64,000 nucleotides of DNA from Tubulanus polymorphus (lineage: Eukaryota; Animalia; Nemertea): the NCBI RefSeq assembly GCF_964204645.1, contig NC_134027.1, forward strand, positions 13,486,485 to 13,550,484, given 5' to 3'. The notes beneath the pieces are model-generated. The model ran no database searches. It worked only from the letters and a program-made list of their open reading frames with translations, and was not told the origin of the DNA. Below, piece by piece: positions 35,600 through 49,008 of this stretch. Within the stretch, counting starts at the first letter, position 1; each line of letters begins with the position of its first letter. Position numbers and translations under genes: made by a program.

Positions 35600-37200
35600 C
35601 AGGGTTCGATTTAAGCACTGGCCCGCTAGCCCGAGACCAGTGGATTGCCTGTCGGGCCAGTAGATTCTTTATTCCTAGAAGTCCGTATGGCCAGTGGATA
35701 TTTTAGCTACAACAATATATAAATCAATTGATTTGTGCGCAAACATCTGTTTGTCCATGTCTCGGTACATTTTTACATCGTGCGTTTCACAGTCGGCTCT
35801 CAGTATGAATTTTAATCTTGGCTTCATTTCTTGGAACTGCGTGTGGAGTCCGGGGAATCCTCAGCTGATCAGAATAGAAGGCAGAGTATGACGAGCAACT
35901 GGCAGCGTTTAATGAGGTCAAACTACTGCAGACGCTAGACATCGTCAGTAGGCCTGGCTTACGACGTAGAGTAGTGCTATAATTTATCATTCTGGCAGGC
36001 CACTAATGGACATGAATTAAGCTTTAAGTTTGACAAAATTCGAAATTTATTTCAATTCGAATTGTTGATCACAATAAGTAGAGAAATGCACTATGAATAT
36101 CGGGAGTTCCCCTGGAACGATGCTTGCTTGTTATCAAAACAATTTCTGCAATTATATAGGACTAAAAACTCAATCGATTTATGAATTTGTAGTTTTCCTT
36201 TAATTGGTTGTCTTTGTATATACAGCAACTTGAATTCGTAAAAAAGGAAATGATCGGAGGGCCAGTAACACGGTGTCGTCATATCGCTGAACAACTGAAT
36301 TGCGGAATTTTTCAAAAACACGGAATTTCTTCACTTTCACTTTAAATAGTAACCGGGTTTTCCCGTGGGTATACGCACTGTTGGACAAGGCATCGGACCC
36401 ATGTTTTCAATACCGGATACCAGTATGTGATGATCTATTATATCGCCTGTCAACAACTAAATCTGTGATGCAGAGTATCGGTTACTGTACTGAGTGAAGG
36501 AATCCAAATCGATGGAAAATAAACAAATAGACATGTTTATTTCATTTCATTCGGGCTTTAGGGTTGTTCATGCGTGTTGTTTTTCAGCATTGTTATAAGC
36601 GAAAGTAGCGTATCAGGAAAAGTATATGAAAATAAAATGGTATTAGAGGTTGAAAAATGCTTTCGTTCTTTTAAATGTTTTCTTTGTGACAGCTATTAAA
36701 TTTGTTCCTACATGCTGATTTTTTGGATCAAATAAGAATGAATGGTACTGAATCGGTCGTTTCGTCGTAGTATCTAATGTTTGGAACTATCCACGTAGAA
36801 AGAATTACGTACGACCCGACCTACCGCGAACAAGCTCAATAATTCAACTGATAATATTCGTTTCTGAAGTTCGCAAACCTCTATAAGAAGTTTGCCTAGG
36901 GTGGTCTCTTTTTTTCTACTTGATTCCAACTGCTACCGCAGGTGGCAGCCAGTCAATTGTATCATAAAAAAATTTCTGATGAAATAGCCTACAAATAAAG
37001 GGATTCGAACCTAACTCATTGCATCGATCGGTACGGTGCCTTGTCCGACAGTGAGTATCCCCGATGGAAAACCCGGTTACTATTTATAGTGAAATTGAAG
37101 AATTTCCGTGTTTTTAGAAAATTCTGAGATTCCGTTGTTCCGCGTTATGACAACACTGCAGTAACAAAAGAAATCCACTGGTCGTCCGGGCCAGTGGAAT
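35600..37200. mobile_element. Possible non-autonomous DNA transposon with CACTGGCCCG/GGCCAGTGG subterminal repeats
   Basis: CAGGG start with a cluster of the motif at 35600-35700 and the same motif at 37170-37200. No TSD established. Confidence 0.35.
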
Positions 37201-38449
37201 TTTTTCCTTATGCGAATACAGAAAGGGGAAGCACCATGTTATGGCATTGTATCGATTAGTCCTAATCATCCACTTACCTATTTTAAGCTACACAAAGAAA
37301 TACCCTAGTTTCTCACCAGATTCTTTTTTCTGGATAGTGCCGAGTGCGGGCGAATTTTATTTTTTTTTTTTAAAGATTGACATAAAATGCTCGAGCAGAG
37401 GATTAGGGGGAAGTTTTTTTACCATTGCCACGAACAAATACTAGTTATGCGAGTAGAATATATGCGAAAAACTTTATTCAGAATTAATAAGCTCCCTTGA
37501 CCTAAAAAAATCAAACCGTATTGTCACATTTCAATGATCAAAAATGAGATTTTCATTTTCGCTATTTTCACGCTTCCTCGAATTAAGGTGAATCTGCCGC
37601 TGTTGTTGTCACCGTAAAATGCTGATTACCGTGAAGTACGTGAAGGATGAGCATATAAAAGCCCTCAGAAAGTCACACATTTAACAGTTATCTGCGGGTT
37701 GTAATTATCATTAAAAAAAAGCTAAAGCATGTCTTACCGATGCGATGAGCGCATTTAATACTTGAAATCTCATCGGGGACTTTTTTATGACGAGTTTAGC
37801 ATTTGACTTTCTTGAGAAACTTTATTTTTCAATTCAATATATTTTATTTTACATTCATCAAAAAAATGAAACAATTGTTTCAAACTATAAGTTGAAAATG
37901 AAACTAATCCTGAAATCGTTATGATAACTCAGTGATAGTACGGCCTGGGTCAAACTCGAGCGAGTTGCAGATGGTGAACAGCGCACCATACGGCTTGAAA
38001 TGTAATTGTGAACTGATACAGATAAAAATAGACTGTCGAGGAAAGTCTCTGTCTTATCATCTGGGTTATGGCACCTCACTTCCCACAGGTCGTTATTTCC
38101 ACAGTTAATTGAGGGTATCAGCTTACATAGTAAGTGCTAATACATGAAACTATTTCACTGCTTTTTGACTGAGAAGTTGAATCCGAGAACGAGAACAGAC
38201 TTTGAAACAGATCGACGCAATATATCGGCTAAATCAAGATACCTTTTTATTTTCATCATCGCAATAAATGTAATCACAGACATTCAAAATCACAGATATA
38301 ATTGATAACAATTCAATAGTTAAAATTATAATCAGTTATAAATTTGATACATTCATATTCTCAAATTTTCATACATCATTCATATTCTATAAACAATTTC
38401 AAGTTATACCACTTTCGAGAAACAGTTTTAAGTTTTAAGACTAGTCTTA

Positions 38450-40355
38450 ATGAATTTTGGTTTTATCAATAAAAACCCGATTCAAATCATTTCAAATGAT
38501 ATTCAAGTCTTTTGATCACGTCTTGATAAACAAGTGACAATTGAAATTTGCAGAATCTACGAATCTACTTCAAATTTTGAAGAATTTCTACCAATCTTAT
38601 CAACTGCGGCCACGACAATAATCTATCCGCATTTAAAGTCATGAAAGTTTTACTAAGTGTAGCCTGATGACGAAGCTCATCATATCTGGTGACGCATTCG
38701 GCAGGCCCGAGTACCTCAAACAACAACTTCCCCCATGATGTTTGTATTACTGGGTAATCTGATAGTTCTTCCTGAAAAAAAAAAATTCAAAACTTTAGTT
38801 TCATTCTTATAACATATGAAAATATGTTAGGCCTAGAAGCTTATTACCTGATGTACTTCTGATGGGGAAGGTATCAGTTTTATCTGGCAAACTGGGTCTT
38901 CTGGTTCCAACTGAAAATAATAGAAACACAATAAGAAAAGCTTAATGATATTGAATGGAAGTAGTGTTGAAACATGTTTAATGTCTACTAAATTTCTTGA
39001 ATTTCCCACAAAAGAAAATAATGATTCGGATTTTCATCAGATGAGGGTGGAATGACCCAACCAGTCAGCTATTAGCTATTTTTATCATCGGGGGAGGTAC
39101 TTTCTATTAATCAAACTCAATTTAAGATGACATACCTGATTTGATATATTTATTTCCTACTCTTGTTCTTTTTCGGTGTCGGCACTTTCTTCGATTGTAC
39201 TTGCCGGTAATGTTTCATGATCCTGAAAACCCAAAGTTTCAATAGACCTTCTATTGCTACAGTTTGAAAGGTTTTTGAACAATCTTTCAAGATAGATAAC
39301 TTACATTCGGGGTTTGTGCTTCTAATTGAACATTTTGAGTTTGTTCGTTTTCGTCATAACCGATCTCCGCCTGAAACAAATAGCATTTCACGTGAATATA
39401 GCTTCAATTCAAAAAAGCTTGAACAACTTTATTTCTTGAAATACAGCAAACCTACGTCATTTTCTAAGCCCGAATCATCCAAAGAATCTCTCCGAAATGA
39501 TATCTTCTCACCATTATAACGGATCCACAAAGCTAGGATATCAAATACGCCCTCTGCAAGTATAAAAGAAAGAAAGGATTATTCAACAAATTAATTTTTA
39601 GTTTTGATAAGATAAATCTAAGTATATCTATATGTATATGATATTTGGGCTCTTCACACACCTAGACTCTTCTCAACACAATTATGCCAGTATTCGTTAA
39701 TTATATCAGATTCTTGATGAAGGGTCGTACTACGGAATGACATCAATGACGGTCCTTCCGGTTTAAAATCATCTTGATCGTCACCATCAAAGAAAATAAT
39801 ATCGTCGCTATCCCAACTCCACCAGACACCTTCACCACAGTTAAGAAAATCAGAAAGTCGTTTAATATGGTGTTGCCACGAAGCTGCATCGATTTCGTGA
39901 CAAGAAAATCTAGAGTTCGACGATTTAATATCTCCGGCTATTTTCGATATATTTCCAATAGTATGCTATAGGCTTTGCAAGCCTCTTTTGCGGAGAATAT
40001 CTTTCGCTCCAAGTCTAATAAAAACATTCATGGCTAAATGATCACTTTGATAATTTGTACTGTTTGTTGTATTTCCAATTTCATGAAACATAGCTTCCTG
40101 TTGTTCCGTGTTGCACGAAATGAGTGATATGATTCGCAGTTGACGCGGTGCTTCGACGGTCACATTATGGAAATATATACCATATAATTTGCGGAATGTG
40201 TGTTTCTGAGGTATTCCCATAACTTTCGACATTAATAAAGCATGTTTATAAGTTAGATTATAGAACTGTAGAATAAGTCTTGGCGAACGATTGTTTTCGG
40301 ATATATACATACAACGGTTAATTAAAACAAGCGTTTTAAGTAATTGTTCGACATC
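38450..40355 (-). pseudogene. Intron-containing 3' part of a DDE transposase-like gene (Transib/Chapaev/RAG1-like motif), cut by element C
   Basis: YFHNVTVEAP..SLISCNTEQQEAMF resembles the YxHxxxxHxP..SxxxxxEQxxE region. Minus-strand splice signals occur downstream. Confidence 0.42.
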
Positions 40356-40841
40356 AGTAATAGGGAAATGGCGCTTTCAGATCAAAGGTCGAGAGGTCGA
40401 ACTCATAAAAAAATGAAAAAATAAATTCTCGCACACTCGAATTTATTTTTTCATTTTTTTATGAGCTCAACCTCTCAACCTTTGATCTGAAACCACCATT
40501 GCCCTATTACTCTTAAAATTTTCATATATATATATATATGAATAACATATAAATGAATAACTTTTAAAATCAATTTTAATAAAAAATTTAGTATTGAAAT
40601 GGAAGCAAATAAGTATTACTGTTTCAACATGTAAAATCAATATAGATAAATCTCAAAAAGCAAGACACAATAAAACTAAAACACATTTAGAGAATAAATT
40701 AAAGTTAAAATAAAAAGATGATATATTAGAAACTAAATTAGATGAATTAAAGAATGAAAAAGAAATATATAAATGTGATACGTGTAATCAATCATTCAGT
40801 GATAAAATGTTAATCAATTTTGATAAAAATATGTATTATAA

Positions 40842-41615
40842 ATGGAGTCAGAACAATCACAAGCTGTAAATATAAACAATAATGGTGTTATAAATATTTA
40901 TCAGAAGTCATGTTGTAAATGTAAAATAAATAAATCATTAGCAGAATTTAATAAAGATAAAAATTCTAAAGATGGTTTACGAAATATTTGTAAAAGTTTC
41001 AAAAAAGCATATGATAAACAATATTATATAAATAATACTGAAAAATGCAAAGAAAAAAGTAAACAATATTATCTAAATAATCTAGAAAAATGTAAAGAAA
41101 CGAAAAAACAATGGAGAGAAAATAATCAAGAATATATTAGAGATTGGAAAAGAGATAATCGTGATTATATAACAGAATATATGAGAGAACGATACAAAAC
41201 AGATCTTAATTTTAAATTGAAACAATGTTTACGAACTAGATAATCAAAATTATTCAGTAAAGAAACGCATTCAGAAACACTAACAAATTTATTGGATTGT
41301 TCAGATGAATTTCTCAAATCATGGATAATATATCAATTCGATGATAAAATGAATATAGATAATTATGGTGAATACTTTCATATTGATCATGTGTTACCGA
41401 TATATAAATTTAACATGATGGATGAATACAATAAAAAACTTATTTGGAATTTGAAGAATTTAAGACCTTTTGAAAAGAAAGAAAATAAAATTAAACATGA
41501 TAAACTAGATTTACAGTTATATTTAGAACAGTTAACAAAGGCAAAGAAATTCATTGAATTATGGAACAATGATCCGAATAATGAAAAATATGTTGAATCT
41601 TTATTGAGTGGTTAA
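40842..41615 (+). pseudogene. HNH-family endonuclease with N-terminal zinc ribbon (NCLDV/phage type)
   Basis: CCKC..FNKDKNSKDGLRNICK, a charged helical repeat, then QFDDKMNIDNYGEYFHIDHVLP..NLRPF..EN. One in-frame stop at 41241. Confidence 0.78.
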
Positions 41616-41649
41616 AGAATAATAGAATTGAAATAAAAAATATTAAAAA

Positions 41650-44050
41650 AACAATAACTTCAACTAGCCATTATTTCTATTTTAATTTTTTTCAAAATCT
41701 ATTATTTCTTTTCAAAAAGGGAATACTTTATGTCACAAATAAAAAATACTAAAAAAACAATAACTAATACTAAAATTCTTTAACTTTAACTATCTAGTAT
41801 CATTTAGTATCAATAACTTAACTAACTAGCATCATTTTATAATACTTATAATATTTTTTGTCGCTTTTTTCTCCTATATAAATGTCAAAGAAATCTAATA
41901 AGAATAGTATTAATATTGAAAAAACATTAGATGATTTAGGCATTAGTGATAATAAGGATATTCCAACCAAAATTGAAAATAATTAGTTGTCAAGAATTAG
42001 ATGCTATGAAACCAGATAAAGTAATAAAATATTTTAAGATTTATGAAAAGGCAAGATTAGCTAGAATAAATGATTCTATTTCTGATGGTATTGTCAAATG
42101 TTATTCAAAATTATGTAACCGGTTAATGTCAATTGATGATGAAAATAAATTATATAGTGATTTGAAAAATGACTACTTAGTTATGACTGAATTACAAAAA
42201 TGGGTCGGATACGCTTCATTCCAAATAGGATCGGTTATGACATTAATCTCTACTGGTGTCATAACATTTTCGAATATCAAGCCTATAGAATAAAAATCAG
42301 GTAAGAACGGAACAGATGGCGCCGTACGACACCCAAACGGTGAAACAGAAAATGAATCAGAACAAAAATTAACTAGAATAAATGAGTGATGGCGTTAAGA
42401 AAAAACCTAGATCCGAGAAACAAATTAAATGGGCAAGAGAATTAGGTAAAAGATCTGCAGAATTAAAAAAAGCTAAGAAAAAGAAATTAACTGATATAAA
42501 TGAGTCACAGACTTTATCTGATATTGATTCAAATAATAATCCATCTAATGCTTCTAATGCTGGAAGTAATAATAAATTATATATTACAATTGGATTAGTA
42601 ACAGTTATTATATTCTCTGGTGTAATATATAAATATAAGTATAAATCTGATGATAACAATAATGATTCCAATGATAATAAATCTATTATACCAGAAAATA
42701 CATAGAATAAAATACATGTTTTTATGAAATAGTAATTCCACCCGGCGTTTTCGTTGAATTGATTTTCAGTTTGAGGATTTATTATCGAGGATCCGAAATG
42801 ACTTATCTGGACTGTTATAATTACTGCTCCTAATAGATAGACAAAAGTAGTGAGATATCGAATCCTAATTTAAATAAAAAGTATTTAAAAAACAATAACT
42901 TCAACTAGCTAGTGAATTATATTTTAATTCTTTTCAAAATGTAATATTTCTTTTCAAAAGGAGAATACTTTATATTTTGAATAGAATTGAATAAAAAAAC
43001 AATAACTTCAACTAGCTATTCAAATCTAGTTAATACTAGAATTCTTTAACTTAACTAAGCTATTATTAATTACAGAGTTACTTGTATCATTCTATAATAC
43101 TTATAGTATTTTTTTCGCTTTTTTCTCTAATATAAAAGTCAAAGAAATCTGATATTGAAAAGAAAATTGAGGATTTGGGCATTACTGGCAATAATGATAC
43201 AGTTGTTTCTAATTGTGCTCAAGTTGATAATAATATTGATTATGAATACTATTTAACATGTAAGCATCATCTTGAGTTACTAATTGCCGGCGGCAAATCT
43301 AAGGACTTCTTGGGAAAAATTATAACTTATCAAGAACTAGATGCCATGAAACCAGATAAAGTAATAAAACATTTCAAAATATATGAAGAAGCTAGATTAG
43401 CTCGAATAAACGACTGTATAAGAGATGGTATTATAAAATGTTACTCTAAATTATGTAACCGGATTATACCAATTGATGATGAAAACAAATTATTTAGTGA
43501 TTTAAAAAATGACTACTTAGTTATGACAGAACTACAGAAATGGGTCGGAAACGCTTCATTCCAATTAGGAGGAATAATGACACTGATTTCTTCTGGAGTT
43601 ATAACATTTTCTAACATCAAAACTATAGAATACAAAGATAAAAGTAAATCAGAAGATATTGAATCAGAACGAAAGTAACTAAAATAAATGAGTGATGATA
43701 TTAAGAAGAAACCTAGATCCGAAAAACAAATTAAATGGGCAAGGGAATTGGCTAAAAGATCTTCTGAGTTAAAAAGAGCTAAGAAAAAGAAATTAACTGA
43801 TATAAATGAACCACAGAAATTATCTGTTATTGATTCGAATGATAATCCATCTGATTCGTCTAATGCAGGAAGTAATAATAAATTATATATTACAATTGGA
43901 TTAGTAACAGTTATTATATTTTCTGGCGTAATATATAAACATAAATCCAAATCTAATAATAATGATTCCGATGATAAACCTATTATACCAGAAAATAAGT
44001 CAAATCATAAAGTCATTGAAACTAAATCTAAATTATTATTAATGGATTAA
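41650..44050 (+). repeat. Tandem duplication of the AACTAG spacer + gene X + gene Y cassette (41650-42705 / 42890-44050)
   Basis: ORFs 41946-42293 and 42382-42705 match 43175-43678 and 43688-44050. The upstream spacers are also homologous. Confidence 0.88.
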
Positions 44051-44056
44051 AATAAG

Positions 44057-44605
44057 ATGAAAAAAGAACAATATTTAAGAGAGTTATATTACAACCCAGA
44101 AAGTGAAGTATCATATTCTAGCGTTTCAGAATTATGGGATAAAATTAAATCTGATAAAGAAAATGGTGATATAAAATATAGTGAATTAAAATCATCGTTA
44201 CAAAATCAACCAACATATCAAATCCACAAGAAAATGGATAAAACTTATTTAACAAGGAAAGTTATGGTTTCATATATCGATCAACAATGGCAAGCAGATT
44301 TAATTGATATGAAGAACTTAGAAGAATACAACAAAGGATATTTCTGGATATTAAATGTTATATTCAGTAGATACGCATGGTCAATTACCATCAAAAATAA
44401 AACTGGTATAGAAGTAATAAATGCTTTTAAATCAATATTTAAAGAAGCTATTCCAGATAAGATACAATTTGATGAAGGTAAGGAATTTTATAACAAACAT
44501 TTTAAAAAACTATTGTCTGATCACGATGTAGATTATTTTTCAACACATTCAGATAAAAAAGCATCTATTATAGAAAGATTTAATAAAACAATTTATCATG
44601 AGTAA
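44057..44605 (+). pseudogene. rve c-integrase, 3'-truncated; divergent paralog of 7447-8557
   Basis: YYNPES, WQADLIDM, KIQFDEGKEF, SIIERFNKT. Confidence 0.9.
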
Positions 44606-44629
44606 TACATTAAGTTAAGTTTGTTATAG

Positions 44630-46243
44630 GTTATATCAAGTACTTCAGACAAGGCATCCCCAAATCAACGCTTGTACCGTATACATGCGGATGGAAGTAA
44701 CCTTGTTAGTGAGACTGTTAACTGGATATCAGTAGAAAAACGCCCGTTGTATTTCATTTCTGATCCTCCTCATTTGATGAAAACCATCAAAAACAACTTA
44801 GAGAAATCCAAGCCAGGTGGTACCAGATGTCTTTGGGTAAATATATTACCAATTGAATTTTTTAACGACCTTGTACTGGCACAGAACCAGAGGGGGGTTT
44901 GAGGGGTCCGGACCCCCCTCCCCTCTTCTGACCAAGTGCCCTTTTGAAAATCACATGTGAAAAATTCCACCAAACATTTATCTAGTACTTCTTAAAGCTG
45001 TAATATGCACTAAAATTTTCTGGGGGAGGACCTCCAGACCTCCCTACCAGGGCATTTCTAAGAAAGAAAGTATAGATTATGATTCATTTTTTTACAGAAC
45101 AATGGTCAACATCTTTGGTGGAGTAGTATTTACAACGTGTATCGAGAAGACGGTACTAATCAGCGCAGAATGACAAAATTGAGAGATGAGCACGTACGGC
45201 TTACACCAGCAGCCAGAATGTCAGTTAGACTTGGAGTGCAGGTGGGTAATTGTTGCCACGCTAGATTTAGTAAACGTAGATGTAGAATAATATTTAGGAT
45301 CTACGTAGTTCCACGAAAGATTTTAATTCAAACTTTTTCATGAAATTGACACCAGGTCCCTTAAAGTCACCATTAAATGGTATCTCTCCAATTTTAGGTC
45401 CTTAGTCGTTCAGTTGGACTAGTTCTCCAACAGTATGGCGGTCCTGATGTTATTGAACTCTCGGAGTTTATTGTGATGTCCGACCGGTTCTTTGACTGCT
45501 TAGATGTGAGATCTTTCAATGAACATATCAACAAAAGAAAACCAGACTTGGCCCCATATCGAAGACTTGATGATGAGCGTTTCCAAGTAAGACAAATTTG
45601 AACAAAAATTCCTGAATTGTGGTACCTGCTTTAAAAATTGTGATGATAATCTATATTTTCCAGTTCCTTGAATCCTACCTGGAATACCTTGATCTATGGA
45701 AGACTTTAGTTAGTAACAGGGAGGGATTTACCAAGGCAGAGAAAGAGAAGATGTTTTTGTCAAATCAGACATATGATGGAATTTACACTACGGGTCATAA
45801 GACTTCATACTGCAAACATAACTTATAACATGTCTCCAATGAATTTATTCATTGATTTGTAGTGAAGGGGTATATTGCAGCAGCAAGATTTCTCTTGTCA
45901 CACAGTGTTCCCTGTGTTCAGCGACATATTCTGCCAAGATCCAATAGAAGAGCATTTTGGAAGACACAGGGGACTTGGCAATAGATCTTGGAATCCATCA
46001 GTATATGAATTTGGGTATGTCACACTCCATTCCATTTGTATTCAAAACTGTTCTGAATTCACGAAGTACTGGTAAATGTAAACAATTTCTAAATGTTCTA
46101 GGCATCAAGAAAACAAGTTACGTATTCAAAGATCCCTGGCTTTTAAGTTCCAGCCTAAGGGTAATACTACTGGAAGAGCTGCAGGTGACAATCGGATAGA
46201 CGAAATTGATGAAGAGCCTTTTCCAAAAATCAAAAGACACTGA
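44630..46243 (+). pseudogene. P-superfamily transposase, spliced 3' exons (5' part lost)
   Basis: SDKASPNQR, FISDPPHLMKT, HVRLT..RMSVRLGVQ and FCQDPIEEHFG on exons bounded by GT/AG. Ends PKIKRH*. Confidence 0.82.
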
Positions 46244-46506
46244 TGTATGTATCTCAAACCAAAAATTTTCATAGCAAAACAAGTATAAAAAAGCATCGGT
46301 ACAAATTCTATAAAGGGATCATTCATTTATTACATACGGATACAATTTGACTTTTTCAACCTCCCCCTGTACAGAAAATCTGCCATTTTTTCATATAAAT
46401 TAAGCATTACAGTACGCAATTGCACTTACCCCTCCCCTCCCCTAATGCGTACGTAATAAATGAATGACCCCAGAGATATCAGATTCAGAAACATGAGAAA
46501 GATATG

Positions 46507-47515
46507 TTACAAACTGTCCCTTAAGGCTTTCGATTTTCGCGACAACTTAGTAGCTCTAACCAATTTTTCAACAATGTATCGACATTTTTGATGAGCCCTT
46601 ACAGCAAAAAACGTGTTGACAAAGCATTTATACAAATTTTCAATTGATTCTACAGAGGTATCAGATTCAGAAACAAGCTCCAAAAATTTCGTTGCGAGAT
46701 CAGCATTTTTTACCAAGTTGCAAAATTCATATTTATTTACAGATTCTCTGGTACTCCAGGCACCAGGCACTCGACTTCGGATCTTGTTTTGTATTTCTTC
46801 AATAGATACCCTGCTATGTAAAATACCACTTCTTCTTTTTCAGTTAAAGGACTGGTTGTTTTTTTCATGGTAGCCTCAGGAAAGGTCTGGTGAAGGAGTT
46901 GCTCCATACAACGGAGGGCCAGTATTGACGATGCTTGAGTCACGGTGGTCACATTTGCAGTTAGGACAGAATGAGATCTACTCCAACACTTTTCCCGCGC
47001 ATTGGCTGTAGACAGAGAGTTTGAATTTTGGAGTACATCGCGATTTATCCATTCCAAGCGGTTTGCTAGTTCACCAGCTGTAAAATAAAGCACTTTATAA
47101 ATTTTTCATGATTATTATAAACTACAGTGTAGGCAATATAAATGTAAATACCTGTGTTCTTTTTTAGATGATCTTTAACCTGATCTGAAATTATTTGGTC
47201 CTCCAAAATCTTGGAAACTTCTCGGCTAACCAATAGCTCTGTCAAGATGTTTTTCTGGAATTGTGATATTATTTTCTTTTATGTATATATGTACATATTG
47301 TAAATAATAGTGATAAATCTAGTGATACAAAACTTTGATTTAGCTGTTTTACCAGAGACCTGTCAATGTCACTCGGTTGACTAAGTATAATCGTCTATAA
47401 TCATTGCATGACTTCTTAAGAATTAATTTTTGTCCATGAAATACTTACATCAGATTGTTGGTCAGGCACTGCAATATCTTCATTAGGGTCAAAGTAAATA
47501 TCATCCCATTCCTAC
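46507..47515 (-). pseudogene. Second, convergent gene of the P-like element
   Basis: EEVVFYIAGYLLKK and FFAVRAHQ..KSKALRDSL parallel the 55885-57350 protein. Frameshifted. Confidence 0.65.
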
Positions 47516-47947
47516 AGAAAGATTAATAGCTGTTGATGCTACTTCTTCAGTCTTGCTAATTTTTATTCTAGAGGCCTACCCTTGCCTATCTATTATACTA
47601 ATTTTATAAACCATTCAAACTGTTTAAAGTGTTTTATGTCAATGGAATTTGTCTTTGTTTTGTATAATATTATTAATGGAAGGTCGGTTTTCTTATATTA
47701 CAAATGTTTTCTTATTTGTATAATATTAACATATTATATAATCAACACACGAGCATCAAGATATCAAATTCTAGTTGAAGATAGTTGCAACTAACTTTAA
47801 TTACAATTCAACTAAAATATAACTAAAAATTCATTAGATTAACAAAGTTGTCTATTTTAGTATAATTTTAGTTGTAGTTGAAATTATTTCAATTTTACAC
47901 AATAAATGAGATTTTCTTTAAATTCTTTACTTTAATTTTTCATTTAA

Positions 47948-48223
47948 TCATTCTAATTTATGCCTGAATTTATGATTTCTAAATCCTTTTTCTGTCATGT
48001 ATTTTTTGCTACAAATTTCACATCTTTTAATATTATTCATTCTATCTGAAATGTAATTGAAATTATTTTTCAATTCAATATATTTTATTTTACAATCATC
48101 ATAAAAATGAAACAATTGTTTCAAACTATATACTGAAAATGAAAGTAACCCTGAAATCATCATAATTAATTTCATTTTCTCTTGATTTCTGCAACTTTTC
48201 CCAGTTGGAATGAAACCATCCAT
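47948..48223 (-). CDS. Small protein with hydrophobic segment and C2H2 zinc finger (element C, distal part)
   Basis: Intact 91 aa ORF with CEICSKKY..RNHKFRH and a TAATT(-19)/TAAATG start. Confidence 0.75.
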   Translation of the reverse strand: MDGFIPTGKSCRNQEKMKLIMMISGLLSFSVYSLKQLFHFYDDCKIKYIELKNNFNYISDRMNNIKRCEICSKKYMTEKGFRNHKFRHKLE

Positions 48224-48344
48224 TTATTTAAGAAAGAAATTAGAAAAATTAATAAATATTTGCTAGTTTTTAATTAAATATTTTATAATCACTTTTTAAA
48301 TATTAAACTTTTAAATGATTAAATCAAATAACAATTAAATTTAC

Positions 48345-49008
48345 AGCCAAACAATTTAATATTTCAACAGTCTCACAATTTAACATTTCAACAGTCAAAC
48401 AATTTATCATTTTAACAGTCGAACAATTTAACATTTTAACAGTCTAACAATTTAACAGTTTAACAATTTAACATTTCAACAGTCAAACAATTTATCATTT
48501 TAACAGACGAACAATTAAACATTTTAACAGTCTAACAATTTATCATTTTAACAGTCGAACATTTTAACAGTCTATTAATTTAACATTTTAACAGTCTAAC
48601 AATTTAACATTTCGACAGTCTAACAATTCAACATTTCAACAGTCAAACAATTTATCATTTCAACTGTCAAACAATTTATCATTTCAACTGTCAAACAATT
48701 TAACATTTCAAATGTCAAACAATTTATCATTTTAACAGTCTAACAATTTAACATTTCAACTGTCAAACAATTTATCATTTAAACAGACTAACAATTTAAT
48801 ATTTCAACTGTCAAACAATTTATCATTTCAACAGTCTAACAATTTAACATTTTAACAGTTTAACAATTTAACATTTTAACGGTCTAACAATTAAACATTT
48901 CAACTGTCAAACAATTTATCATTTTAACAGTCTAACAATTTATCATTTAACAGTCTAACAATTTATCATTTTAACAGTCTAACAATTTATCATTTAACAG
49001 TCTAACAA
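48345..49008. repeat. Minisatellite, ~24 bp unit AACAATTTA(A/T)CATTT(T/C)AAC(A/T)GTC(T/A), ~27 copies
   Basis: Directly visible tandem array abutting the left terminus of copy B. Confidence 0.95.

Larger units (their letters stand above)
40356..44605 (+). mobile_element. Hairpin-ended Polinton-related element C, left part
   Basis: 156 bp terminal palindrome at 40356-40511, then a zinc-finger remnant, HNH gene, duplicated X-Y gene pair and truncated rve integrase. Confidence 0.85.

Noticed and set aside
48345-49008. CRISPR-like array
   Set aside because: Contiguous tandem units without unique spacers, no cas genes, and a eukaryotic context.
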